Assembly (NCBI GenBank): GCA_964488645.1
Contig: CAZAVK010000006.1
Coordinates: 18,548-82,547 of the forward strand
Source: an uncultured Rikenella sp.
GTDB lineage: Bacteria; Bacteroidota; Bacteroidia; Bacteroidales; VadinHA17
Length of the DNA stretch: 64,000 bases
Direction: 5' to 3'
In this document: positions 28,557-38,022 of the stretch, piece after piece
Numbering within the stretch: position 1 is the first letter of the stretch
Layout: each line of letters begins with the position of its first letter
The notes under the pieces: model-generated
What the model was told of the DNA's origin: nothing
The model's input: only the letters and a program-made list of their open reading frames with translations
Database searches by the model: none
Position numbers and translations under genes: made by a program

Positions 28557-30248
28557 ATGAATGCACTAATAACCAGACATGCCTCCACTATCATGGCATT
28601 GATTATGATTCCAGTTATTTCATGCTCTGACCTGTTCGCCCAGAAAAAATGTGAAGACTGCGCACGCCGGGCTATTCTGGATGAATTTACCAATCCCAAT
28701 AATCCTGACTATGAACAGAAAAGAGAGGAGTGGCGTCAATGCATGTTAAAACAGCTTGGAAATTATGTTTCCTTCTATGCTGATGATCCGAAAGTAAATG
28801 CCGCAGCGGAAATATGTGAACCTCTTCTACCTATAGATCATGCATATTGTTTCCCGGCTATCGTTGCAAGTTTCCTCGGAGAAAAACTCACGAATCCATG
28901 CTTTCACATGTTGTCCCTGCAATATTTTAATCCTGACCGGCACCGCAATCCCGAGTACCTGTTTCGTGGCAGTTATGAGGGGAATATTGAAGGAGGAGAA
29001 ATTGTGGAAATAGTAACAGATGTCTTCAAACCAATTATTGCCCGAATGAACATGAAGCTCTATTATAATGGTACCACACCGGAACTGGTTCATGAATGGA
29101 ATTCACAGGGAACACTTAATTCACCTCGAGGTTTGTTGAGTAGGCTCAATCTTCCGAAAAATATCAGACCCATACTCGAAGAATTTGAGAAGAGACCAGC
29201 CACATGCGAGGTGAAATTCCCGTCACAGGAAGAGTTGTGTGAAAATGGCACTGGAGAAATTATCCTGAAAGGATTCAGAGATACAGGTGGCAGACCATCA
29301 AGAGAGTTCAACAGGATCGTTGTAAGCATTTATAAAGGTGAAATGCTGAACGGGGAAAAGTGTATCTGGGGGCCTGACTACAGGGTATTCTCGCTGGATG
29401 ATGGGGAAGTGAAAATCCGGTACAGACCTCCCGCTGACAAGGATGATGGATATGACTGGCTGAGAGTATATAACTCCTGTGATATCCTTCCGCCCGAAAA
29501 ACACCCATTATCAGAGACATCGATAGGCGAGCTCATCCTGGACCAGCATTTCCCGATATTCTGTGGGTTCTACAGTGGCAGCATATCTGTCACCAAAACC
29601 TGGGATTACACTAAGGATGATGGCAACAGCTCCACAAAATATGTCGGTAAACAAACCGTAACCTTCACAGGAATCTTCAACCCGATACCGCAAATGGAAG
29701 GTATGGAAGGCCAGCCAATCAAAATATACGGCCCTCATAAAGTATCCGGAAGCTGGAGTCATAACGAAGATCGGTACTGCAGCGGCGATTGCGACTGCCC
29801 CGGGCTCAATTACCAGGAATATGGAACCGGAGAATTTCCGGATAAAACATTGAAGGAGGGCCTGATAATAATCACAAATGTATTTCCCACAGATATTAAG
29901 GATGTTGCTGACCAGCTTGGTCAGTTCGGCCTGGTGAACTGGTATGACGTAGCTACTCCTACTGAGAATGTACCTACCCAGACCAGATACAGACATTATA
30001 TCAAAGATGTCGGCTGCGTTTGGGGTAACTCAACCTCCTCAACCAATCTTACCGGAGCCGATGTAAGATTTAAACTGAAAGATATCAGCAATCTGTCCGG
30101 AAGTGTGTCATGGAGCTCATCGATGGGAACAACCGGCATCAGCGCCACGGATATGACAGAGGCGATCTATGAACAAAAGCCATTTGAACCCGAACAGGAC
30201 GGAACAGACTATCACTATACAATCACCTGGAATCTGAAGGCTCTTTGA
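28557..30248 (+). CDS. Hypothetical exported Cys-rich protein
   Basis: 563-aa ORF with a signal-like N-terminus; no family recognised. Confidence 0.75.
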   Translation: MNALITRHASTIMALIMIPVISCSDLFAQKKCEDCARRAILDEFTNPNNPDYEQKREEWRQCMLKQLGNYVSFYADDPKVNAAAEICEPLLPIDHAYCFPAIVASFLGEKLTNPCFHMLSLQYFNPDRHRNPEYLFRGSYEGNIEGGEIVEIVTDVFKPIIARMNMKLYYNGTTPELVHEWNSQGTLNSPRGLLSRLNLPKNIRPILEEFEKRPATCEVKFPSQEELCENGTGEIILKGFRDTGGRPSREFNRIVVSIYKGEMLNGEKCIWGPDYRVFSLDDGEVKIRYRPPADKDDGYDWLRVYNSCDILPPEKHPLSETSIGELILDQHFPIFCGFYSGSISVTKTWDYTKDDGNSSTKYVGKQTVTFTGIFNPIPQMEGMEGQPIKIYGPHKVSGSWSHNEDRYCSGDCDCPGLNYQEYGTGEFPDKTLKEGLIIITNVFPTDIKDVADQLGQFGLVNWYDVATPTENVPTQTRYRHYIKDVGCVWGNSTSSTNLTGADVRFKLKDISNLSGSVSWSSSMGTTGISATDMTEAIYEQKPFEPEQDGTDYHYTITWNLKAL

Positions 30249-30320
30249 CAGAACAGCACAGAACCTACCTGAAAATTGATCCGGAACAGGGTAACTCCCC
30301 GGCCCCGGGCCATTTAATGG

Positions 30321-31319
30321 TCATATCATTTCTCCGGCCCTGAGCCACTGCAGTGTCAGTGCTGCTCCCTCCGCGAAGGGGGTTACCCGGTAACCCATCT
30401 CATCGATGGCCTTACGGCTGCTGAGGCTCCAGTGGTTAAGGTATTTCTTCACCCACGGGGCGGTTATGAGCGGCGGGATGCCGGTTATGCCTGCCTGCCA
30501 CTCCATTACCCCGGCTACGGCTGACATGAGGCTGACAGGCATAGGCAGCAGCCGCCTCTTCCTGCCGGTCACCTCCGCAAGTACCTGAAAAAACCGGTCG
30601 AAGGTAAGGTTCTCTCCTCCCAGGATATAGCGCTCTCCCGGAACCCCCTTCCCTGCCGCGAGGATATGGCCGTCAACCACATCATCGATGAAGACATAGT
30701 TGCCGACACACTTGCCGTCGCCCGGGATCAGCCGCCAGCGTCCGCGCGAGTAGAGTGAGATCATGCGGGTAACGGAGTTGCTCTTGCTGAGCAGGCCGGG
30801 ACCGTAGACACGTGTCGGGTTGACGATGACGCACTCCATCCCGTTTTGCCCGTTATATGAGAGTGTCAGCTCCTCGGCTGCAGCCTTGGTCTCTTCATAC
30901 TCATTGAAGAAGGGGGTGGCACGGGGGTACTCCTCATCAATGGGCTCAACCCCGGGTGATGGACCTATCACAGCCGCCGAAGAGGTAAGTACAAACCGCT
31001 TTACCCCTCCCCTCACGGCTGCCTTCAGCATATTCTCAGTGCCGGTGACATTGATCCGGTACGGCAGGCTCTTATCCTTTGACCAGGGCTTCGCAAAAGC
31101 TGCCAGGTGAAACAGGACGTCACAGCCGGCTGCTGCCGTTTCGGCCGCTGCGACAGAATCGAGATCACCTGTCACATGCTCAACACCCGGAAGGGAGGAG
31201 AGCGATCTGAATTTCTCAGGCGATCTCACCAGGCACCTGACAGTGTGCCCCTCCCGGGAGAGTCTCTCAGTCAGCCTCTGCCCTATGAATCCGGTAGCTC
31301 CGGTAAGAAGATATTTCAT
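30321..31319 (-). CDS. NAD-dependent epimerase/dehydratase (extended SDR, HpnA/dihydroflavonol reductase-like)
   Basis: TGATGFIG, YEETK (YxxxK) and NPTRVYGP. Confidence 0.9.
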   Translation of the reverse strand: MKYLLTGATGFIGQRLTERLSREGHTVRCLVRSPEKFRSLSSLPGVEHVTGDLDSVAAAETAAAGCDVLFHLAAFAKPWSKDKSLPYRINVTGTENMLKAAVRGGVKRFVLTSSAAVIGPSPGVEPIDEEYPRATPFFNEYEETKAAAEELTLSYNGQNGMECVIVNPTRVYGPGLLSKSNSVTRMISLYSRGRWRLIPGDGKCVGNYVFIDDVVDGHILAAGKGVPGERYILGGENLTFDRFFQVLAEVTGRKRRLLPMPVSLMSAVAGVMEWQAGITGIPPLITAPWVKKYLNHWSLSSRKAIDEMGYRVTPFAEGAALTLQWLRAGEMI

Positions 31320-31525
31320 AACATCATGCCAGGTTAAAGATGGTTATCCGATCACCTCCTGAGGCGAAGCTCCGCAGAGATTACCTCCTGTCGCCACTGC
31401 TGCCGGTACCTCTCTCCGGTCAGCTTCACCGCCGCCGCAGAGCTGCTCCTGAGGCCCGGTTCTGCGGCCAGCCTTCTCCCGTTTAAACCGGACTAAGCCG
31501 GTAACTCAGCCCCACGATAGCACCA

Positions 31526-33469
31526 TCATCTCTTTACCTTCATCACGGCCGATGAGCTGATGCTGCCATTGCTCTCGGAGATGGCTGTAAGCGTTACGGT
31601 GGCATCACGGGAGGCACCCCGTGCGGCGGCCACCCATACTGGCACCGTAACTTTCTCTCCTTTCTGCGGGGCAGCTATCTCACTGAAGAGACGCGCCTCC
31701 CATCCGCGGCCGCTCACCTCCACCCTGAGGCGACAGATATCGTCGCCCGACACCTCAAACTCCACAATGCCTTCTTCGCTTATGCGGGTTGCCGGTCGCG
31801 AAGCGCTGACCGAGGCAGGCTCACTGACCACATCAGAGTCGAGCGACCTGACGCCAACGGTATAGGAAAGCACCCCTTCGCCGTTCCGGTGAATATCTAT
31901 AATATAAAAATGGAGACGGTTTGGTTTGTCAACGTATTCAAACTCACTTCCCGAGTTGAGTCCGGCATGAAAGAGCGCATCATTGAGTTGACGGTAGTCG
32001 GCAATGGTTCGCATCACCTTTTCGCCGTCAGGCTTAACATAGTCAGCCATGTTTATATCCTCCGGATGGGCATCGATCACCCAGTTGAAGCAGTTGAACC
32101 CGTTGGGTCCGCCATTGTTCCCCTCGCGGTCGGTGTTGAGTGCGAGCAGCACCCCGTTATCGGGGCAGAATGAGTCATAGCCGATACGCTGTATGACTTC
32201 CGCAGAGTAGTAGTCGAATCTCGGCTTCCCCGGTGAGAGCGGGTCTGTTGCGGGGTCGGTCGGCGGGGTGCGGTCATGCGGCTCATCTCCGTCGAGACGC
32301 ACCATCATACCGGCATACTCGCCAGGCAGGGGCTCCACGGCACGGGCAGTGATGCGTGCGACCACCGGCGCTGAGGAGGCGAGCTCCTCACGGCTTACGG
32401 TGATAATCTCATCAGTGGTGATAAAGCCGTTCTTGAGCCGGTTGCGTAACATCAGACCGGCCGGCATGCTGGCGCCGGCTACCGGTGGTACCACCCATCT
32501 CATGTGAGGCCCGCCGGGGCCGTTGAAGCAGCCGCGGTCCATCATGTCCCACGGCCCTGACCCGGCACGGCGGAAAGGCGTAACATATGGGTTGTTGTTA
32601 TTGTCGCCTATCCGGAAAGCATAGTGTCCCAGCTCATGGGTGATGGTGCCCGAGTTCTCTCCCTGCCTGATCGACGAGAGCCCCCACTGCATCTGCCCGG
32701 CCTTCCATGAAGTCCATTCAACGTAACGGGTGGGTGCCCAGCGCGGCTTGTCAGGATTGGGATTGCCCCACTCGGGAGGTATATCATCCCTGCTCAGGAA
32801 CTTCATCTCACCGAACTCCTGCCATACGCCGGTCTCGTCATAGCCGGCATAGATCCTCAGGATAGCATCATACCCTCCCTTCAGGTCTCCCTCGGCTTCG
32901 CACCACAGAGAGTCGATATCGCGCTCCATACGGTAATTGACCCTGCTCCCGTCAGGGGTTGCCTCATTCTGTCCCCACTCACTCAGTCCGTACTGCCATA
33001 GCGAACGTGGCATACGGTAGGGACCGAAGGCATCCAGGGCGGTGATGCCGAACCGTCCCCGCGACTGCTCCATCCAGTAGCCGTTGATGGTGTGCCCCCG
33101 GTTGACCGGGGAGGGTTTAAGCCAGAAGTCGGAATAGAACTGAGGTATCTCCTCACGGCTCACCGGATCGATCTGGGGGTTGCCGAAGAGGTCAGATCCT
33201 TTCGGAAGGGTCATCACAAAGGGCTGGTCAGGGAAGTCAACGGCAACAAGCGCCATACGGAAGCCCCGCTCAGGAGTGAGGGATGGATCAGCCCAGTTCC
33301 TTCCGGGTATGGGGCGATAATCATCCCAGGTCATATCATCCTGATCCTGCACCAGCTGTGGATCGACAGGAATATAGAGTGAGTCAGGCCTCCCCCTATT
33401 ATTACTGAAGGCTGCCAGCATGGCAGCCATCAGTACTATTGCAACACCTGCAATTCCGGTTCTTTTCAT
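31526..33469 (-). CDS. M6 (immune inhibitor A-like) metalloprotease domain protein
   Basis: ALVAVDFPD, THELGH (HExxH) and WDMMDRG; signal peptide after MKRTG. Confidence 0.82.
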   Translation of the reverse strand: MKRTGIAGVAIVLMAAMLAAFSNNRGRPDSLYIPVDPQLVQDQDDMTWDDYRPIPGRNWADPSLTPERGFRMALVAVDFPDQPFVMTLPKGSDLFGNPQIDPVSREEIPQFYSDFWLKPSPVNRGHTINGYWMEQSRGRFGITALDAFGPYRMPRSLWQYGLSEWGQNEATPDGSRVNYRMERDIDSLWCEAEGDLKGGYDAILRIYAGYDETGVWQEFGEMKFLSRDDIPPEWGNPNPDKPRWAPTRYVEWTSWKAGQMQWGLSSIRQGENSGTITHELGHYAFRIGDNNNNPYVTPFRRAGSGPWDMMDRGCFNGPGGPHMRWVVPPVAGASMPAGLMLRNRLKNGFITTDEIITVSREELASSAPVVARITARAVEPLPGEYAGMMVRLDGDEPHDRTPPTDPATDPLSPGKPRFDYYSAEVIQRIGYDSFCPDNGVLLALNTDREGNNGGPNGFNCFNWVIDAHPEDINMADYVKPDGEKVMRTIADYRQLNDALFHAGLNSGSEFEYVDKPNRLHFYIIDIHRNGEGVLSYTVGVRSLDSDVVSEPASVSASRPATRISEEGIVEFEVSGDDICRLRVEVSGRGWEARLFSEIAAPQKGEKVTVPVWVAAARGASRDATVTLTAISESNGSISSSAVMKVKR

Positions 33470-33495
33470 TGCCGGGGGTATTTGTGTCACTGTTT

Positions 33496-35049
33496 CTATT
33501 TATCGGGTGCGTATAGTCCCTCTCTCGAAAGGATATGATCAAGGGTGGCAAGCCCGTAAACCATGACAGCAGTCACCACCGATGCATGATTCTGGTACTC
33601 AGGTATGCTCTTGTCATAGGTGTCACGCTCGGTATGCCATATCTCGCCGTAACTGAAGTTGTAGCCCTTGATGTCACGCTCTTCGAAGCTCAGTGTAGGT
33701 ACACCGTTCATTGCAAAGTATGCATGGTCAGAGCTGCCGGCAGTTCTCGGGCGGGGTCTGGGTGGTGTGGTGCGCTTTGTGAGGGTGAAGGGTATCTCGG
33801 GATTGATCTTGTTGAGAGGCTTGCATATTTTCTCAAAGTCGGCATACATGGCCTCGGGGACGGTAATGCCCACCGGGGGTGTCGGACCGCCGTCGCGGTT
33901 GAAATAGTTCGATATCTTCGGCAGCTTCTCCTTGTTGTTTTCGACCCAGTGTTTCGAGCCCCACAGTCCGAACTCCTCTGCAGCCCAGAGGCATGCCAGG
34001 ATGGTGCGATCAGGCTTGCCGCCGGCAGCCATGATGAGGCGTGCTGCCTCCATGGTGACACTCAGCCCCGATCCGCAGTCAACACCGCCGGTGCCGGCAT
34101 CAAACGAGTCGAGGTGGCCTCCCATCATGACATACTCATTCGGGTATTTCTTACCCTTGATAACACCAATCACGTTGTGGTACTTGACCGGGCCTGGCCT
34201 GAAATGGTTCCTGATGTCAAACTCAAGCTGGAAATACTGTCTCTCTTTGGCCATCTGCTCGATGATGGCGTACTGATGCTCATCGAGCTTGATGTCACAC
34301 ACCGTGGGCAGGTTATCAAAGCTCATCTGTTCAAGGTTCTTCCTGTCATAGAGGGCAGTGATGGGAACCTTTGCCGACTGGATTATTCCGAGTATACCTG
34401 CCTCTACCATCTCACGGTAGAAGAGTGCCGGCTCCTCCTTCAGCGGGATCGGATCCTTCGGAGGCTGATCACGGTTCGTCATGTTCTCGAAGAAGATCTG
34501 CCTGTTGAGTACCGAAATGGAGTCATTGTATTTCCTGGCTACCATCCTGAGGCTGTCTCCCCGTGCTGACCAGTCAATCGGCCACCCGGTGTTCTTTCCG
34601 CTGATGAGCACCCATGCTCCCTTAAGTGCGCCCTTCATCTGTTCAAACTCCATCTTGCTCTTGGGCTCGATGAGGACGTGGCCCCGCTGCACACCCTTGG
34701 TGCCGGCAGTGTATGAGGGCGTCGCAAAATGGAGTATCATCCCGTTGTCGGAGAGGAGTCTTCCGAACCAGGGACCGCGGTTGAAACCGACAGGCAGGGT
34801 GCCGACCTCATCCATTATCACCTCCATGCCCCAGCTCCTGAACTGCTCGGCAGCCCACTCAGTGGCAATGGTATAGGCACTCGACCCGATAATCCTTCCG
34901 CCTATGCGGTTTGTCATAACATCGAGATGATGCATGGTCCGGTTGTCTGTCTGACCAAGCTCAATGATCCGGTCAACAACCTTGTTCTGCTGAGCCTGCA
35001 AGCCAGTGAACATGAGGACCAGCAAAAGAGGTAGGAATACTTTTTTCAT
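33496..35049 (-). CDS. M28/M20-family metallopeptidase (carboxypeptidase Q-like)
   Basis: GGHLDS, GGVDCGSG, WAAEEFGL, SSDH and WHTERD; signal peptide MKKVF. Confidence 0.88.
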   Translation of the reverse strand: MKKVFLPLLLVLMFTGLQAQQNKVVDRIIELGQTDNRTMHHLDVMTNRIGGRIIGSSAYTIATEWAAEQFRSWGMEVIMDEVGTLPVGFNRGPWFGRLLSDNGMILHFATPSYTAGTKGVQRGHVLIEPKSKMEFEQMKGALKGAWVLISGKNTGWPIDWSARGDSLRMVARKYNDSISVLNRQIFFENMTNRDQPPKDPIPLKEEPALFYREMVEAGILGIIQSAKVPITALYDRKNLEQMSFDNLPTVCDIKLDEHQYAIIEQMAKERQYFQLEFDIRNHFRPGPVKYHNVIGVIKGKKYPNEYVMMGGHLDSFDAGTGGVDCGSGLSVTMEAARLIMAAGGKPDRTILACLWAAEEFGLWGSKHWVENNKEKLPKISNYFNRDGGPTPPVGITVPEAMYADFEKICKPLNKINPEIPFTLTKRTTPPRPRPRTAGSSDHAYFAMNGVPTLSFEERDIKGYNFSYGEIWHTERDTYDKSIPEYQNHASVVTAVMVYGLATLDHILSREGLYAPDK

Positions 35050-35150
35050 GTCGTAGGTTTTTAGTTGCGCCAAGCTATGAAATTACACTTAAATAGAAAA
35101 GAAGCGAACGCCTCTTTAAGGTAACGAATAGTTAAAAAAAGTTATCAGGA

Positions 35151-35834
35151 CTAGTATCTCAGTCTTTCTGCAAGGATGGCTACCCCCCTGGCAGCTCCCT
35201 CGGTAATGTATTCGATACGGTGGGGGGTACTGATCCGTGATGGCTGCGGGTCGATGAACCATACCGGGGTGGTTTCCGGTACACTGTGTATCAGTCCGGC
35301 AGCAGGATAGACAGCCAGCGAGGTACCGATGATGACAAAGATATCTGCCTGTGATGCAATCTCTGCTGCCTCACGCATGGCAGGCACCGGCTCCCCAAAC
35401 CATACAATATTGGGTCTCAGGGGTGTGCCATCTGAGGCCAGCTCACCCGGAGCAATATCCCTGTATCCGATATCGGTGATCAGATGAGGGTTCGTGCTGC
35501 TGCGAGCCTGGGTAAGCAGGCCGTGCAGATGCAGAATGCGGGTGCTGCCGGCACGCTCATGCAGGTTGTCAACATTCTGGGTGATAATACTGACTTCAAA
35601 ATCCTTCTCCAGACGTGCCAGATCACGGTGCCCCTCATTGGGCTCAGCCGAGACCAGCTGCCTCCTGCGTTCGTTGTAAAATCTCTGTACCAGGCCGGGA
35701 TTACGGTGCCAGGCATCAATGGAGGCAACATCCTCAACCCGGTACTGCTCCCAGAGCCCGTTGCTGTCGCGGAAGGTTCTCAGTCCGCTCTCTGCACTCA
35801 TACCCGCCCCTGTAAGTACAACCAGTTTTTTCAT
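35151..35834 (-). CDS. cobB: NAD-dependent protein deacylase (sirtuin, class III)
   Basis: GAGMSAESG, TQNVDNLHERAG, HG, RPNIVWFGE and GTSL. Confidence 0.95.
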   Translation of the reverse strand: MKKLVVLTGAGMSAESGLRTFRDSNGLWEQYRVEDVASIDAWHRNPGLVQRFYNERRRQLVSAEPNEGHRDLARLEKDFEVSIITQNVDNLHERAGSTRILHLHGLLTQARSSTNPHLITDIGYRDIAPGELASDGTPLRPNIVWFGEPVPAMREAAEIASQADIFVIIGTSLAVYPAAGLIHSVPETTPVWFIDPQPSRISTPHRIEYITEGAARGVAILAERLRY

Positions 35835-36024
35835 CTCTCAATCAGGTTATTATGTGAAAAGAAAATGGAACCGGACATCTGTCGTCCTCCAGCCCGGAAA
35901 GCTTCTGCCCTGACAGCCGGTTCGCGTTTCTGAAAATAAGAAAAAAGAGGGAAACAAAAAATGGCATATCACATCTGAGCTCTTTTCGCCCCTTAAATTT
36001 TGTAACTTGTCTCTCTGAACAGGT

Positions 36025-36717
36025 ATGAAGATCTTTTTCGTCATATTGAATCTGTTGTTGCTTATGTTCACCCAGCAGGATGATACCCGCCATTCACGTG
36101 AACGGAGCCGGATGGTGCAGGATCAGATAGCGGCCCGCGGTATCACCGATACCCGTACGCTGCGGGCCATGGGCAGTGTGCCGAGGCATCTCTTCGTACC
36201 GCCGGCATATGAGCGTCAGGCCTATAATGACTCTCCCCTGCCCATAGGCTACAACCAGACCATCTCACAGCCCTTTATCGTGGCCTATATGACCGAGCTG
36301 GTCAGGCCTACACCGGGCAAGCGGGCCCTGGAGATAGGCACCGGCTCAGGGTACCAGGCTGCCGTGCTGGCCGGGATAGTCGATACGGTATATACCATCG
36401 AGATCGTGCCCGGGCTGGCCAGGGAGGCTGCCGTCCGCCTGAAGACGCTGGGCTACGGGAATGTCGTCACCCGGCAGGGCGACGGCTACAAGGGGTGGCC
36501 TGAGAAGGCTCCCTTTGATATCATTATCGTCACCGCAGCAGCAGACCATATCCCACAGCCCCTCAGGGAGCAGCTCGCCGAGGGCGGACGGCTGGTGATG
36601 CCGGTGGGTGACCCCGCCTCGGTACAGTTCCTGGTACTGCTGACAAAAAGAAAGGGCAAGATCACCGAACAGCGTCTTGAACCGGTACGCTTCGTACCGC
36701 TCACCAGGCAGCGGTAG
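36025..36717 (+). CDS. pcm: Protein-L-isoaspartate O-methyltransferase
   Basis: QTISQP, LEIGTGSGYQAA and APFDIIIVTAA. Confidence 0.95.
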   Translation: MKIFFVILNLLLLMFTQQDDTRHSRERSRMVQDQIAARGITDTRTLRAMGSVPRHLFVPPAYERQAYNDSPLPIGYNQTISQPFIVAYMTELVRPTPGKRALEIGTGSGYQAAVLAGIVDTVYTIEIVPGLAREAAVRLKTLGYGNVVTRQGDGYKGWPEKAPFDIIIVTAAADHIPQPLREQLAEGGRLVMPVGDPASVQFLVLLTKRKGKITEQRLEPVRFVPLTRQR

Positions 36718-36809
36718 CAGCTGATATGTGGCTTCCCGCTTCCAATTCTTCAGGTCACACTCACACCGTCATTCTTCCCGGCAGTCATAGACAACCACTT
36801 CAGATTTGT

Positions 36810-36817
36810 TAACTTTG
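36810..36817 (+). promoter_or_regulatory. Bacteroidota -7 promoter element (TAnnTTTG) five bases upstream of the ATG
   Basis: taactttg at 36810-36817; ATG at 36823, so the transcript is probably near-leaderless. Confidence 0.55.
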
Positions 36818-36822
36818 CGTCT

Positions 36823-38022
36823 ATGGAAAAACTGAATCTCTTTTTTACGCGCATACAGGAGTCGGGTTTCTGGCAGAGGCTTTTCAGGTGGAAGAGGCTC
36901 AGGAGCCTCTCCTGGGAGGCGATGGAGGAGTACCGTGCCATGCTGCGTGATATGGCAGCACAGAAGGAGAGTAATGAGAGCCTCCGTAACCGTGTCACCG
37001 AGCTCACCGCCGGCAGTGAGCACCTGGGTCAGCGCCTCCGGGACCTGGAGCTGCAGGCCGCACAGCGGGAGGCCCGTATGGAGGAGCTGAATGGCAGGCT
37101 GAGGGAGCAGGCCGGCACCATCAACGAGCTGACTCGCAAGGTATCAGCCTTTGAGGCGGTGAAGGACGAAAAAGAGAGGGCATTCAATGAGAATATCGCC
37201 AGGCTGAACCAGACCAAGGATAGCTTTGAGGCAGAGCGCCGCAGGCTGCACGAGGAGCAGCTGCGGCAGGCCGGGGAGAGGCTCGAGGCAATGAAACGGC
37301 AGTGGGCCGGGCATGAGGCCGACGTGAAGAGTGCAATCACCCGCATCTGCGATCTCAATCAGGTGCGATATATCGAGAAGGTCCCCTTCCGGGGAAACCC
37401 TGACAACACCATCGAGATCAGCGGCGAATACATCATTTTCGATGCAAAGAGCCCGGCGGGGGATGACCTCACCAACTTCCCCGGCTACATAAAGACACAG
37501 GCAGACCAGCTGAAGAAATATGCCAGCCAGGAGAGCGTCAAGAAGTCGATGTTCCTGGTGGTACCCACAAACACCATAGAGAGCATCAGGCAGCTCACCT
37601 ACCGGCTGGGCGACTATGATGTCTTCGTGATAACCAAGGATGCCCTCGAACCGGTGATACTATCGCTCAAGAAGATAGAGGAGTATGACCTGGCCGACAA
37701 GCTGAGCCCCGAAGACCGTGACTCCATCTGCCGCATCATCGGGAAGTTCGCGCATACAGCCAAGCGGCGCATACAGGTAGACCAGTTCTTTTCGGAGGAG
37801 TTTATTGACATAGTGTTGCGTAGCCAGAAGGATCTGCCGGATGACATAAAGCAGCAGGTCATCGAGTTCGAGAAGTCGGAAAAGCTCAACCCCCCGACCG
37901 AGCGGCGCGCCAAGATCATCTCCATAGATGAGCTGCAGAAGAAGAGCGACGAGATAGGGGCTGAGGTGCAGTCACCAAAACTATCCCTCCCGGGAACGGA
38001 GGAGGAAAAGCAGGTCAGATGA
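36823..38022 (+). CDS. Coiled-coil protein with RmuC-like PD-(D/E)XK nuclease-fold domain
   Basis: Long heptad region followed by NPD...IIFDAKSP; LK.Y and FLVVP resemble RmuC segments. Confidence 0.6.
   Translation: MEKLNLFFTRIQESGFWQRLFRWKRLRSLSWEAMEEYRAMLRDMAAQKESNESLRNRVTELTAGSEHLGQRLRDLELQAAQREARMEELNGRLREQAGTINELTRKVSAFEAVKDEKERAFNENIARLNQTKDSFEAERRRLHEEQLRQAGERLEAMKRQWAGHEADVKSAITRICDLNQVRYIEKVPFRGNPDNTIEISGEYIIFDAKSPAGDDLTNFPGYIKTQADQLKKYASQESVKKSMFLVVPTNTIESIRQLTYRLGDYDVFVITKDALEPVILSLKKIEEYDLADKLSPEDRDSICRIIGKFAHTAKRRIQVDQFFSEEFIDIVLRSQKDLPDDIKQQVIEFEKSEKLNPPTERRAKIISIDELQKKSDEIGAEVQSPKLSLPGTEEEKQVR

Noticed and set aside
25800-30300. Prophage or integrative element
   Set aside because: No integrase, transposase, phage structural gene, tRNA target or flanking att repeat is seen; only a compositional shift.
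33535-34569. 344-aa plus-strand ORF
   Set aside because: Entirely antisense to the well-supported M28 peptidase.
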